From Arcobacter sp. (GTDB lineage: Bacteria; Campylobacterota; Campylobacteria; Campylobacterales; Arcobacteraceae): a stretch of DNA of 34,996 nucleotides. The stretch spans positions 15,287-50,282 of the forward strand of contig CBFIGT010000004.1 in the NCBI GenBank assembly GCA_965662175.1. Reading direction: 5' to 3'. Numbering within the stretch: position 1 is the stretch's first letter; every line of letters begins with the position of its first letter. Below are positions 15,390-26,249 of this stretch, one piece after another. The translations under genes were made by a program, and so were the position numbers. The notes under the pieces are model-generated. The model searched no databases. It was not told where the DNA came from and saw nothing but the letters and a program-made list of their open reading frames with translations.

Positions 15390-17699
15390 TATAAGTTTAA
15401 ACTCTGTACCTTTTAATATTTGATTTTTTATTTCTATATCTACATTTTCAGTAAATATTTTTCCTTTAAACTGTTTTGTTATTATTTGGTGGGTCATATA
15501 AAGACCAATTCCTGTACCAATAGATTGATGTTTTGTTGTAAAATATGGGTCAAATATTTTATCTTTTATATTAGGACAAATTCCTCCACCTGTATCTTTT
15601 ATAGATATTTCAAGACTATTATCTTTTATTTTTGTTGTAACAAATAAGTAGCGATTTTCAGCGATTTTCTCATATTCAATCATTGCATCTTTTGAATTGT
15701 TATAAATATTAATTAATGCTTGTATTAAAAGATTTTCATTTTTGGTTAATTCTAAATCTATTATTTCAGATTTGTAGTTAATAAAATTATTATTCAACAT
15801 ATCTTTTGTTAGATTTTCTAATTTAATAAAAGTTTGTTTAATATTAAATGTGAAAACATCTTTAGAATTGCCTTTAAAAAAGCTTCTAAAATCATCAATT
15901 GTTTTGGATAGATATTGGGATTGTTTATTTATTTCATCCATTGATTTCATAATAAAATCTTTATCAATATCATTATTTAACTCAATATTTAGTTTTAATC
16001 CTGTTGCATGGGTAGAGATTACAGATAAAGGCTGTCTCCATTGGTGAGAGATATTTCCTAGCATTTCTCCAACCGCTGCAACTTTTGATTGTCTAATTAG
16101 CATTTTTTCACTTGTTTTATTTTGCGTAATATCAGTAAATATACCAATATATCCTGTGATATTCTTATTTTGATTATAGATTGTATTAATTGTTAACAGC
16201 TCATAGTAAGTTTTTTTATTTTTATTTTTATTTATTATTTCACCACTCCAAACACCTTTTGTATTTAGATTTTCCCACATTGTCTTATAAAAGTTTTCAC
16301 CATTTAAATTTGATGATAAAATACTTGGTTTCTTATTTATAACTTCACTTAAACTGTAACCTGTCGTAGTTTCAAATGATTTATTTACATTTATGATATT
16401 TATATCTTTGTCTGTAATCATTATTCCATCATGGGTATTTTCAAATACCATCATGGCTTGATTTAAATTCTCTTCCATTTTTTTTCTATCATTAATATCT
16501 TGTATAGTCCCAAACATTTGAATTGGGTTTTGATTTTTATCTCTAGTTATTTTCCCTAAACCTAAAACCCAAATTATCTCTTGAGTTTTTTTATTTACAA
16601 TTCTATACTCAAATTCAAAATCCACATTATTTGTAAGAGTATACTCCCAATAATCATTTATTTTTTCTATATCTTCGTGATAGATTAAATTTAGCCATAA
16701 ATCAGTATCTTTTTTTGTATTATCATTTATTCCAAATATTCTATTTATTTCTTCAGAGCAGGTAAAGTTTCCACTTTTATAGTAGTATGTATAGTGTCCA
16801 AGTTTGGCAATTTTCTGAGCTAGTTTTAATTTGTTTTTTAACTCCTCTTGTATTTTATACTCTTTTTTTAGTTTGTTATTCCAAAAGATTACAAATAATA
16901 AAATAAGAATTATTATACATACACCTATTAAAATCTTTTCATAACTCTCTTTTGTAATATAAAATTTCTCTTCTTCTCCAAACCACTTGGTATAAATTTT
17001 TTGAAAATCTCCATTTATTTTGATTTCACTAATTGCTTCATTTATAATAGCTAATAGTTCAAAATTATCTTTTGTAACACCAACTCCTCTTTTTACCTCT
17101 TTTATTGATTTATCAAATGAAACTATTTTATTTGTTAAGTTCATTTCAGTAAGTTTACTGTTTAGTAGTGTTTCTGGATAACAAATAGCATCAAGTTCCC
17201 CTGATGAAAGAGCACTTATAAGTCTTGGTAAACTAGTAAAAATGACTTTTTTCTTTGTAAAATCTTCTAGTATTAGTTTATTACAAATATTTTTTTCCAT
17301 CATCCCAATAGCTTTTCCTCTTAAATCCTCTTTATTTTCTATATGAATAGAGTCTTTTCTTTTAAAGAATTTTATTTTAAAAGTATCTGTAGGTTGAGAA
17401 AAACTAAACATAAGTTCTCTGTCTTTTGTAATACCAACATTAGGAGCAATATCAATCTCTCCACTTTTGGATAGTTCTATAAGCTCTTTCCAGTCATTTA
17501 TGATTATATATTTAAATTGTAGATTTGTTTTTTTTGATATTGCTTCAAATAATTCAAAGACATAACCATCTAGATTACTCTTTTCATCTGTTATATAATA
17601 GGTTTTCCAATCTTTTAAAAATGCTACAGTATAAGTCTCTTTTTCTTTTGAAGCGAAAAGTGTAATTGTTAATATGAAAATAAGTAATATTTTATACAT
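15375..17699 (-). CDS. Sensor histidine kinase (periplasmic PBP domain, TM, two PAS domains, HisKA/HATPase)
   Basis: H-box ISHQWRQPL, N-box NNSKDA, DTGGGI, FDPYFTTK, GTGIGL. Confidence 0.92.
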   Translation of the reverse strand: MYKILLIFILTITLFASKEKETYTVAFLKDWKTYYITDEKSNLDGYVFELFEAISKKTNLQFKYIIINDWKELIELSKSGEIDIAPNVGITKDRELMFSFSQPTDTFKIKFFKRKDSIHIENKEDLRGKAIGMMEKNICNKLILEDFTKKKVIFTSLPRLISALSSGELDAICYPETLLNSKLTEMNLTNKIVSFDKSIKEVKRGVGVTKDNFELLAIINEAISEIKINGDFQKIYTKWFGEEEKFYITKESYEKILIGVCIIILILLFVIFWNNKLKKEYKIQEELKNKLKLAQKIAKLGHYTYYYKSGNFTCSEEINRIFGINDNTKKDTDLWLNLIYHEDIEKINDYWEYTLTNNVDFEFEYRIVNKKTQEIIWVLGLGKITRDKNQNPIQMFGTIQDINDRKKMEENLNQAMMVFENTHDGIMITDKDINIINVNKSFETTTGYSLSEVINKKPSILSSNLNGENFYKTMWENLNTKGVWSGEIINKNKNKKTYYELLTINTIYNQNKNITGYIGIFTDITQNKTSEKMLIRQSKVAAVGEMLGNISHQWRQPLSVISTHATGLKLNIELNNDIDKDFIMKSMDEINKQSQYLSKTIDDFRSFFKGNSKDVFTFNIKQTFIKLENLTKDMLNNNFINYKSEIIDLELTKNENLLIQALINIYNNSKDAMIEYEKIAENRYLFVTTKIKDNSLEISIKDTGGGICPNIKDKIFDPYFTTKHQSIGTGIGLYMTHQIITKQFKGKIFTENVDIEIKNQILKGTEFKLILPIV

Positions 17700-17886
17700 A
17701 AACAGACCTTTTTAGTAACATACAAATTTTACCAATATATACTTTATTTATAATAAATATATAACTAAAAAAACCATAAATAAATAAAACAAGATATTAT
17801 AAATGATTATATAATTTTCTCCATACAAGGATTAAAATGAAAATTAAAAATTTGCTTATCTTAAAATTAAGATTAAAGTTATCATT

Positions 17887-18393
17887 ATGAAAAACAATAT
17901 TGATGCAATTATGCTTGGTGATTCACTTAGTGCTAGAGGCAATTGGGAAGTTCTTTTTTATCCAAAAAAGATAATTAACCTAGGTCATGATGGAGATACA
18001 ACTAGATGTTTACTTCAAAGAGTACATTTAGCAAATGAAGTAAAACCAAAAAATATATTTTTGATGATAGGTATAAATGATATGAATTTATATCTTTCTC
18101 TTGATGAGATTTTTAATAACTATAAAACTATTGTAAAAGAGCTTGAAAAAACCTACTCAAAGATATTTATACAAGCAGTTTTATTTACTCAAATGAACTC
18201 TTTTAATAAAAAAGTTAAACTCTTTAATAGTATGTTAAAAGAGTTTTGTCAAAAAGAAAACTTAGAGTTTATTGACTTAAATGAAGAGTTAGCAGAAGCT
18301 GATTTTTTAAAAAGTGAATATACAAGTGATGGCTTACATCTAAATATAAACGCTTATCAAGTATGGGCAAAAAAACTTAAAAACTATTTTTAA
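17887..18393 (+). CDS. GDSL/SGNH hydrolase
   Basis: LGDSL, GDTT, IGIND, DGLH blocks. Confidence 0.9.
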   Translation: MKNNIDAIMLGDSLSARGNWEVLFYPKKIINLGHDGDTTRCLLQRVHLANEVKPKNIFLMIGINDMNLYLSLDEIFNNYKTIVKELEKTYSKIFIQAVLFTQMNSFNKKVKLFNSMLKEFCQKENLEFIDLNEELAEADFLKSEYTSDGLHLNINAYQVWAKKLKNYF

Positions 18394-18934
18394 AACTTTT
18401 AAATAGTATATCTTTATGGTCGGCTGGATTGCTTTGGGTTAAAACTATCATTACAAAATCATCATTGATAAATTTTGAATAAAATTTCTCTATTTTTGGA
18501 TAGATATAACTTTTTTTAAGTGAGGGGTATAAATACTGTTTGGATAGATATATTTGCATTATTAAATATAATGCAAAAGTAAAAAGAACTGTAACTTCTA
18601 AAACTGTAAAGAACTTAGACAAAAATGATTTTAAAGCAGAACTACTTATAAACTTATCTAAAAATTTAATAATATACTTCCACGAAAAATATAAAATAAA
18701 AAAGTTTATAGCAAAAGATATAAGTAGTAATATTGTATAAGTGTCAGCTTTTGTTATATAAAACTTTTGTAAATAAATAGCTGTAAAACTAGCTAATTTA
18801 GCTGAGATAGTCAAAAATATGAAAATTTTGAAATAATCAAATACTTTTAAATAGTGTTTTTTTTGATAACTATAAACAATTAAAAATGATATTATTAAAA
18901 AAATTGATAAGTCAATAAGGTTGTAAAAATTCAT
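18377..18934 (-). CDS. Membrane protein, CvpA-like
   Basis: Four TM segments; N-terminal IDLSIFLII and late SYIYP typical of CvpA-like proteins. Confidence 0.5.
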   Translation of the reverse strand: MNFYNLIDLSIFLIISFLIVYSYQKKHYLKVFDYFKIFIFLTISAKLASFTAIYLQKFYITKADTYTILLLISFAINFFILYFSWKYIIKFLDKFISSSALKSFLSKFFTVLEVTVLFTFALYLIMQIYLSKQYLYPSLKKSYIYPKIEKFYSKFINDDFVMIVLTQSNPADHKDILFKSFKNSF

Positions 18935-18994
18935 GGCGGAATTTTACCTTTTTAATTCTTTAGAAAAGTCTTAAAATTGTTTACAGTAAAGAGA

Positions 18995-20758
18995 TTATCT
19001 CTTTACTGCTTTTTTATTTGGTAAGTCTGTGATTGTTCCATCAAAGATTTCAGCTGCCATTCCAACTGATTCATGAAGTGTTGGGTGTGCGTGAATTGTA
19101 AGTGCAATATCTTCAGCATCACAATCCATTTCAAGTGCCAGTGAAATTTCACCAAGTAATTCACCTGCATTATCTCCAACTAAAGCACCACCAATTAGTT
19201 GATGAGTATCTTTATTGAAGATTAATTTAGTCATACCATCACTTGAAACATCAGCTGCAAGTGCTCGTCCTGATGCAGACCAAGGGAAAGTAGCAACTTC
19301 ATAGTTAATACCTGCTTCTTTAGCCTCAATTTCGCTAAGACCTGCTGTCGCAATTTCAGGGAATGTATAAGCAATTCCTGGAATTTGTTTTGGTTCAAAG
19401 AATACTTTGTGTCCAGCAATAACTTCAGCTGCCACATGACCTTCATGTACTGCTTTATGAGCTAACATAGGACCTGCAATAATATCACCAATAGCAAAGA
19501 TATGAGGTACATTTGTTCTTAGTTGATTATCAGTTGCAATCATACCTTTTTCATTTACATTAACACCAGCATTTTCAAGTCCTAGTTTTAGACCATTTGG
19601 AGTTCTTCCCATAGCTACTAAAACAGCATCATACATTTGAGGCTCAGCTGGAGCATTTTCGCCTTTGAACTCTACATAAATACCCTCAGCTTTAGGGATA
19701 ATTGCTTGAGTTTGAGTTTTAAACATAAAGTTAAATCTCTTCTCATTTGATTTTGTATAGATTTTTACAATATCTTTATCAGTACCTGTCATAACTTGTG
19801 GACCACGAACTACAACATCAACTTGGCTTCCAAGTTTTTGGTAAACAGTTCCCATCTCAAGACCAATAATTCCACCACCCATAATAAGTAATCTTTTTGG
19901 AACCTCTTTTACTTCTAATGCATTTGTAGAGTCCCAAATTCTTGGATCTTCATGAGGAATAAATGACATTTTAGAGCTTTGAGATCCCGCTGCAATAATA
20001 CAGTTATCAAAAGATACTTTTGTTTTTCCATCATCTTTTGTATGTTCAACTATAACAGAATGGTCATCTAAGAACTTTGCAGTTCCTTGTATAACAGTTA
20101 CTTTTCTCATCTTAGCCATTGCACTTAAACCATCAGTTAGTTTTTTTACAACACCTGATTTATAAGCAGCAACACCCTTTAAATCAACTTCAGGTTTAGG
20201 GAATGTAATACCAGCATGAGATATATGCTCAGCCTCTTCCATAACTTTTGCTACGTGAAGAAGTGCTTTTGATGGAATACATCCAACATTTAGACAAACT
20301 CCACCTAAAGTATCATGTCTTTCTACAAGTACTGTATCTAAACCTAAATCAGCACATCTAAAAGCAGCAGAGTAACCACCAGGTCCTGCTCCTATTACTA
20401 ATACTTGTCCTTTAACTTCTTTTGCTCCACTTGCATCAACAGGCGTTGAAGTTTGAACAGGAGTAGCTTTTGGTGTTTCAACTTTTTGCTCAACTGCAGG
20501 AGTTTCTGAAACTTCATCTTCTATTTCAATTTTTGCGATTAAATCACCAGAGTTTGATTTATCTCCAACTTTCACAAGAATCTCTTTTATGATACCCCCA
20601 TGAGTTGTTGGAACATCCATTGATGCTTTTTCTGTTTCAAGTGTGATAAGTCCATCTTCTTCTTCAACTCTATCACCAACACTTACCATCACATCGATTA
20701 AATCAACATCTTTATCAGCACCTAAATCAGGAATAAAAATATCTACAATTTTTCCCAT
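18995..20758 (-). CDS. lpdA: Dihydrolipoamide dehydrogenase (E3) with N-terminal lipoyl domain
   Basis: ETEKASM lipoyl motif, GAGPGG, GGVCLNVGCIPSK, HAHPT. Confidence 0.96.
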   Translation of the reverse strand: MGKIVDIFIPDLGADKDVDLIDVMVSVGDRVEEEDGLITLETEKASMDVPTTHGGIIKEILVKVGDKSNSGDLIAKIEIEDEVSETPAVEQKVETPKATPVQTSTPVDASGAKEVKGQVLVIGAGPGGYSAAFRCADLGLDTVLVERHDTLGGVCLNVGCIPSKALLHVAKVMEEAEHISHAGITFPKPEVDLKGVAAYKSGVVKKLTDGLSAMAKMRKVTVIQGTAKFLDDHSVIVEHTKDDGKTKVSFDNCIIAAGSQSSKMSFIPHEDPRIWDSTNALEVKEVPKRLLIMGGGIIGLEMGTVYQKLGSQVDVVVRGPQVMTGTDKDIVKIYTKSNEKRFNFMFKTQTQAIIPKAEGIYVEFKGENAPAEPQMYDAVLVAMGRTPNGLKLGLENAGVNVNEKGMIATDNQLRTNVPHIFAIGDIIAGPMLAHKAVHEGHVAAEVIAGHKVFFEPKQIPGIAYTFPEIATAGLSEIEAKEAGINYEVATFPWSASGRALAADVSSDGMTKLIFNKDTHQLIGGALVGDNAGELLGEISLALEMDCDAEDIALTIHAHPTLHESVGMAAEIFDGTITDLPNKKAVKR

Positions 20759-20767
20759 TTCTTTTCC

Positions 20768-22483
20768 TTACAGACTTAAAAGTCTAATATCGCCTAAAAG
20801 TTTAGACAATGTTGTTGTAAATCTTGCACCATCTGCACCATCAATTACTTTATGATCATAAGATAATGATAATGGTAAAGTAAGTCTTGGAATAAATGTT
20901 TCACCATTCCAAACTGGTTTCATTTCAGATTTTGACAATCCTAAAATTGCAACTTCAGGAGCATTGATAATTGGAGTAAATTTAGTTCCACCAATTCCAC
21001 CTAAGCTTGAAATAGTAAATGAAGCACCTTGCATATCAGTTGATTTTAGTTTTCCATCTCTAGCTTTTTGTGAGATTTCAGCCATCTCAATTGCAATTTG
21101 TTTGAAACCTTTTTTATCAACATCTTTAATCACAGGTACAACTAATCCATTTGGAGTATCAACTGCAATTGCTATATGAAAATATTTTTTCATAATTAAG
21201 CTTTGTCCATCAGGGCTTAATGAAGCATTAAACTTAGGATGAATAGCTAAAGCTTTTGCCACAGCTTTTACTACAAATACAAGTGGAGATAATTTAAACC
21301 CATCAGCAAGTGCATTTTGCTCTTTTCTAAAGCTTTCCATTTCTGTAATATCAGCTTCATCAAACTGAGTTACATGAGGCATAGCTAGCCAATTTCTATG
21401 TAAAGATGGTCCTGATATTTTTTGAATTCTTGATAACTCAATAGTTTCAATTTCACCAAATTGGCTAAAATCAATCTCTTTAGCTTCAGGTAAATTAAAT
21501 CCAAGTCCAGAACCAGTTCCAGCTGCTGCAACTGCTGGTTTAGATAATTGCTCTTTTACATAAGCTTTAATATCTTCTTTAAGAACTCTTCCTTTTCTAC
21601 CACTTCCTTTAACAAATCCTAAATCAACACCAAACTCACGTGCAAGTTTTCTAACAGATGGAGAGGCATAAACTTTTGTCGCTTTTTGTGTTAATACAGC
21701 TTGTGCAACAGGTGCTGTTACAGCTGCGATTTCTTGTACAGAAACAGGAGTTTTAACTTCCTTTTTTACAGGCTCTTTTTTAGCTGGTGTTGGAACTTTT
21801 GATTCCATAACAACTGTTTTAACCATTTTTGCAATTCTATCACCTGAGTTAACTTTATCTCCAGCGCTTACAAATAGCTCTATGATTTCACCACCAAAAG
21901 GAGCTGGTACATCCATAGATGCTTTTTCAGTCTCAAGTGTGATTAAACCATCTTCAAACTCAACAGTATCACCAACAGCTACCATAACATCTATTAAATC
22001 AACATCTTTATCAGCACCTAAATCAGGAACAAATACCTCTTCGATTACTGAACAAATTGTTTGTTCATTTACAAATTGACAAGAAACTTGTGCACCACTT
22101 GCACTAATTGCTTTTAGTTCATCTTCAGCATCTTTTACACTCATAGGTGATGAATCACTTGATGTATCTGCAACTGGTGTTGCTTCTACTTTTTGCTCAA
22201 CTGCAGCTGGTACTTCAATTTTTTCTTCTTGGCTAGCTTCTTCAGCAACTTCAACTCTAGCAATTAAATCACCAGAGTTCATTTTGTCACCAACTTTTAC
22301 AAGAATCTCTTTTACAACTCCACCATGTGTTGTAGGAACATCCATCGAAGCTTTTTCTGTTTCAAGTGTGATAAGACCATCTTCTTCTTCAACTGTATCA
22401 CCAATTGATACCATAACATCAATTAAATCAACATCTTTATCAGCACCTAAATCAGGAATAAATATATCTATAATTTTACCCAT
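20768..22483 (-). CDS. aceF: Dihydrolipoamide acetyltransferase (E2), two lipoyl domains
   Basis: Two [10 protein letters not shown] motifs, [12 protein letters not shown]3-binding domain, DHKVIDGA catalytic motif. Confidence 0.96.
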   Translation of the reverse strand: MGKIIDIFIPDLGADKDVDLIDVMVSIGDTVEEEDGLITLETEKASMDVPTTHGGVVKEILVKVGDKMNSGDLIARVEVAEEASQEEKIEVPAAVEQKVEATPVADTSSDSSPMSVKDAEDELKAISASGAQVSCQFVNEQTICSVIEEVFVPDLGADKDVDLIDVMVAVGDTVEFEDGLITLETEKASMDVPAPFGGEIIELFVSAGDKVNSGDRIAKMVKTVVMESKVPTPAKKEPVKKEVKTPVSVQEIAAVTAPVAQAVLTQKATKVYASPSVRKLAREFGVDLGFVKGSGRKGRVLKEDIKAYVKEQLSKPAVAAAGTGSGLGFNLPEAKEIDFSQFGEIETIELSRIQKISGPSLHRNWLAMPHVTQFDEADITEMESFRKEQNALADGFKLSPLVFVVKAVAKALAIHPKFNASLSPDGQSLIMKKYFHIAIAVDTPNGLVVPVIKDVDKKGFKQIAIEMAEISQKARDGKLKSTDMQGASFTISSLGGIGGTKFTPIINAPEVAILGLSKSEMKPVWNGETFIPRLTLPLSLSYDHKVIDGADGARFTTTLSKLLGDIRLLSL

Positions 22484-22493
22484 AATTTACTCC

Positions 22494-25178
22494 TTACATT
22501 TTCACTGGATTAATTTTGTTAGCATCAATGTTATATTTTTTCATTGCATCTTTAACAACAGATTTTTCGATTTTACCAGCATCAGCTAATTGAGCAAGTG
22601 TAGTAAATACAATAAAGTCAGCATCAACTTCAAAGAATTTTCTTAAGTTTGCTCTAGAATCAGATCTACCATAACCATCAGTACCTAATGCTTTAAATTT
22701 ACCTTTAACAAATGGTGAAATTTGCTCAGAGTATGATTTCATATAATCAGTTGCTGAGATAATAATATTTTCATCATCGCTTCCTAAAACTTGATCAACA
22801 TATGAAGTTTCATCTTTCTCATCAATATTTAATAAGTTTCTTCTCTCAACATCTTGAGCTTCTCTTGTTAACTCATTATATGATGTAACAGAGTAAATAT
22901 CAGATGCAATACCATATTCATTTGCTAAAACATCAGCAGCACTTAACACTTGTTGGAAAATTGAACCAGAACCTAATAGTTTAACCTTATGATTGTTTTT
23001 AGCATCAAGAGATTTAAATTTATAGATACCTTTTAAGATACCCTCTTCAACACCCTCCGGCATAGCTGGTTGTTGATAGTTTTCATTTAATGTTGTAAGA
23101 TAATAGAATACATCTTCTTGATTCTCACCATACATTCTTTCAATTCCATTTTGAACAACAACAGCAACTTCATATCCAAATGTTGGATCATAAGTTACAC
23201 AGTTTGGAATTGTATTAGCAATAATATGTGAATGACCATCTTCATGTTGTAATCCCTCACCATTTAGTGTAGTTCTTCCAGATGTTCCACCAACTAAGAA
23301 ACCTCTAGCCATTTGATCTCCAGCTGCCCAACAAATATCACCTGTTCTTTGGAATCCAAACATTGAGTAGAAGATATAAAATGGAATCATTGGACAATTA
23401 TTTACAGAGTACGAAGTTGCAGCTGCAACCCAAGAACCCATTGCACCAAGCTCATTAATACCCTCTTGTAATACTTGACCTTTTTTATCCTCTTTATAGT
23501 ATGCAACTTGATCTCTATCTTGAGGAATATATTTTTGACCCTCAGATGAGTAAATACCAAGCTGTCTAAACATACCTTCCATACCAAATGTTCTAGCTTC
23601 ATCAGGTACGATTGGAACAACTCTTTTTCCAATTTTTTTATCTTTTACAAGTACATTTAAAACTCTAACAAATGCCATAGTTGTAGAGATTTCTCTATCT
23701 CCACTTCCACCTAAGATTGCTTCAAATTTATCTAAAGTAGGAATCTCAAGTTTTTCTGTAAATTTAGCTCTTCTTTGTGGAAGATATCCATGTAACTCTT
23801 CTCTTCTAGCTTTCATATATTTCATCTCTTCTGAATCTTCAGGGAAAGTATAATATGGATAGTTTTCTAATTGTTCATCAGTTACAGGAATTCTAAATCT
23901 ATCTCTAAATTTTCTTAATGAATCAGTATCAACTTTTTTAACACCGTGAGCAATATTTTTACCCTCAGCTGCTTCACCCATCCCGTAACCTTTTACAGTT
24001 TTAGCTAAAATTACAGTTGGTCTATCTTTAGTTGCATTAGCTGCTTTATATGCTGCATAAACTTTAAGTGGATCATGACCACCTCTGTTAAGTGCAAAAA
24101 TTTCAGCATCAGACATATTTTCAACTAATTTTGCAGTTTCAGGGTATTTGTTAAAGAAGTGTTCTCTTGTATAAGCTCCACCTTTTTGTTTAAAGTTTTG
24201 ATACTCACCATCAACAGTCTCTTCCATAAGTTGAAGAAGTTTTCCTGATGTATCTTTTCTTAATAATTCATCCCAATGTCTTCCCCAAATAACTTTAAGT
24301 ACTCTCCAACCATTTCCTCTAAAGTTACCCTCAAGCTCTTGGATGATTTTTCCATTTCCTCTTACAGGTCCATCAAGTCTTTGTAAGTTACAGTTAATAA
24401 CAAATACTAAGTTATCTAATCCCTCACGTCCAGCTAAACCAATAGCTCCAAGTGATTCTGGCTCATCACACTCACCATCACCCATATAACAATATACTTT
24501 TTGCTCTGAGCAATCTTTAATTCCTCTGTCAGTTAAGTATTTTAAAAATCTTGCTTGATAAATAGCTTGAATTGGTCCAAGTCCCATAGATACAGTTGGA
24601 AACTGCCAATAGTTTGGCATAAGTTTAGGGTGTGGATATGAAGATAAACCATCTTCTAGTGCCTCTTGTCTAAAGTTATCCATTTGAGCTTCGCTAATTC
24701 TACCCTCAACAAATGATCTTGCATAAATACCTGGAGAAATATGTCCTTGATAAAATACTAAATCTCCACCATCTTTTTCATTTGGTGCTCTAAAGAAGTG
24801 GTTAAATCCAACATCATATAGTGTTGCTGATGATTGAAACGATGCAATATGACCACCAAGCTCTAAGTTCTTTTTAGAAGCTCTTTGTACCATCATAGCT
24901 GCATTCCATCTAATAGCAGATCTGATTTTCTTTTCGATATCTCTATCTCCTGGCATCTTTGGCTCATCATCTACATCAATACTATTTAAGTATGCTGTTG
25001 TAGCTTTAAAAGGTAGGTAAGTTCCTTTTCTTCTTGCTTTATCAATTAGTTTCTCTAAAAGAAAGTGAGCTCTTCTTGGCCCTTCTGTTTCTAATACTGC
25101 ATCTAAAGCTTCAATCCACTCTTGCGTTTCAGCTGGATCGACGTCTTTTAAAACATCGTTTAAGTTTAAACCTGACAT
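22494..25178 (-). CDS. aceE: Pyruvate dehydrogenase E1 (homodimeric type)
   Basis: GGHIASF, YPHP, GDGECDE TPP motif, NLQRLDGPV, EGLQHED. Confidence 0.97.
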   Translation of the reverse strand: MSGLNLNDVLKDVDPAETQEWIEALDAVLETEGPRRAHFLLEKLIDKARRKGTYLPFKATTAYLNSIDVDDEPKMPGDRDIEKKIRSAIRWNAAMMVQRASKKNLELGGHIASFQSSATLYDVGFNHFFRAPNEKDGGDLVFYQGHISPGIYARSFVEGRISEAQMDNFRQEALEDGLSSYPHPKLMPNYWQFPTVSMGLGPIQAIYQARFLKYLTDRGIKDCSEQKVYCYMGDGECDEPESLGAIGLAGREGLDNLVFVINCNLQRLDGPVRGNGKIIQELEGNFRGNGWRVLKVIWGRHWDELLRKDTSGKLLQLMEETVDGEYQNFKQKGGAYTREHFFNKYPETAKLVENMSDAEIFALNRGGHDPLKVYAAYKAANATKDRPTVILAKTVKGYGMGEAAEGKNIAHGVKKVDTDSLRKFRDRFRIPVTDEQLENYPYYTFPEDSEEMKYMKARREELHGYLPQRRAKFTEKLEIPTLDKFEAILGGSGDREISTTMAFVRVLNVLVKDKKIGKRVVPIVPDEARTFGMEGMFRQLGIYSSEGQKYIPQDRDQVAYYKEDKKGQVLQEGINELGAMGSWVAAATSYSVNNCPMIPFYIFYSMFGFQRTGDICWAAGDQMARGFLVGGTSGRTTLNGEGLQHEDGHSHIIANTIPNCVTYDPTFGYEVAVVVQNGIERMYGENQEDVFYYLTTLNENYQQPAMPEGVEEGILKGIYKFKSLDAKNNHKVKLLGSGSIFQQVLSAADVLANEYGIASDIYSVTSYNELTREAQDVERRNLLNIDEKDETSYVDQVLGSDDENIIISATDYMKSYSEQISPFVKGKFKALGTDGYGRSDSRANLRKFFEVDADFIVFTTLAQLADAGKIEKSVVKDAMKKYNIDANKINPVKM

Positions 25179-25505
25179 TTATTAATCCTTATTAAATTTT
25201 TCATTAGTTTTTGTGATTATTTCTATTTTTACAAAAGAACATATGCACATTATGTAAAAAATATGTAAAACCAATATCGTATTACTCGAATTGTGAGCAT
25301 ATGATACTTTAAACAAATTAAATTATTTTTATTTTAAAAAATTAATTTATTTTCTTAAGTTAAATTAGAATTTTTATCAAATATAATGAAAAAAGTTCAA
25401 ATTTTAAAGAATTTTAACATATATTTGTGAGAATTACGTGATAAAATTTAATAAAAATTTAAGTTTTATACTATAAAAATTATTTTTTAGAAGAGATGTT
25501 TACAT

Positions 25506-26249
25506 ATGATTGAAGAAAAAAGCCAATTTAGAGTTATAATTGATAGTAAAAATAGTGCTGTTGAGAATATGTCAAAAGATGAGGCATTGTTGTCTTGTTT
25601 TAAAGAGAATGATAAAGCAATATTAAGATTTTATTATTGGGATAAAAGCTTTACTATAGGTATCTCACAAGATTTTTCTATGTATGAATTTTGTGAAGAG
25701 TTTGATGGTAATTATGCAAAAAGAGTTACAGGTGGTGGAGTGCTTTTTCACGGACATGATTTATCATATTCATTGGTAATTCCAACTGCACTTTTAAAGA
25801 GTTACAATATTAAACAGTCCTATGAAAAAATATGTTATTTTTTATTAAATTTTTACAAAAAACTAGGTTTAAAGACTAATTATGCAAAAGATGATGAGAG
25901 TGTAGAGCTATCTAAAAGTGCCTTTTGTCAAGTAGGTTTCGAAGCTTACGATATTTTGGTAAATGGACACAAAATAGGTGGAAATGCACAAAGAAGAACA
26001 AAAAGAGCTATCTTTCAACATGGTTCAATTCCTTTATATAGTGTGAAAAATAGTAACATGAATAAAGAAAGATTTGGTATAAGTTTGGAAGAATTAAGTA
26101 TAAATTTAGATTATAATGAAGCAACAAAACTTCTACTTGAATCATTTCAAGAGAGTTTTAATGTAGAGATTGAATACTCAAAATTAAATGAAATAGAATT
26201 AAATAAAAAAGAAGAATTATTAAAGGGAAAATATGACTATAGCAACTAA
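25506..26249 (+). CDS. Lipoate-protein ligase/octanoyltransferase family (LplA/LipM-like)
   Basis: NMSKDEALL, RVTGGGVLFH, KIGGNAQRR, QHGSI; adjacent to lipA. Confidence 0.88.
   Translation: MIEEKSQFRVIIDSKNSAVENMSKDEALLSCFKENDKAILRFYYWDKSFTIGISQDFSMYEFCEEFDGNYAKRVTGGGVLFHGHDLSYSLVIPTALLKSYNIKQSYEKICYFLLNFYKKLGLKTNYAKDDESVELSKSAFCQVGFEAYDILVNGHKIGGNAQRRTKRAIFQHGSIPLYSVKNSNMNKERFGISLEELSINLDYNEATKLLLESFQESFNVEIEYSKLNEIELNKKEELLKGKYDYSN

Noticed and set aside
15375..17699. Orphan histidine kinase as a novelty
   Set aside because: Kinases without an adjacent response regulator are common; the architecture is ordinary
25179..25505. Repeated TTGTGA hexamers in the aceE / lipoate-ligase divergent promoter
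   Set aside because: Irregular spacing in very AT-rich DNA; cannot be distinguished from chance
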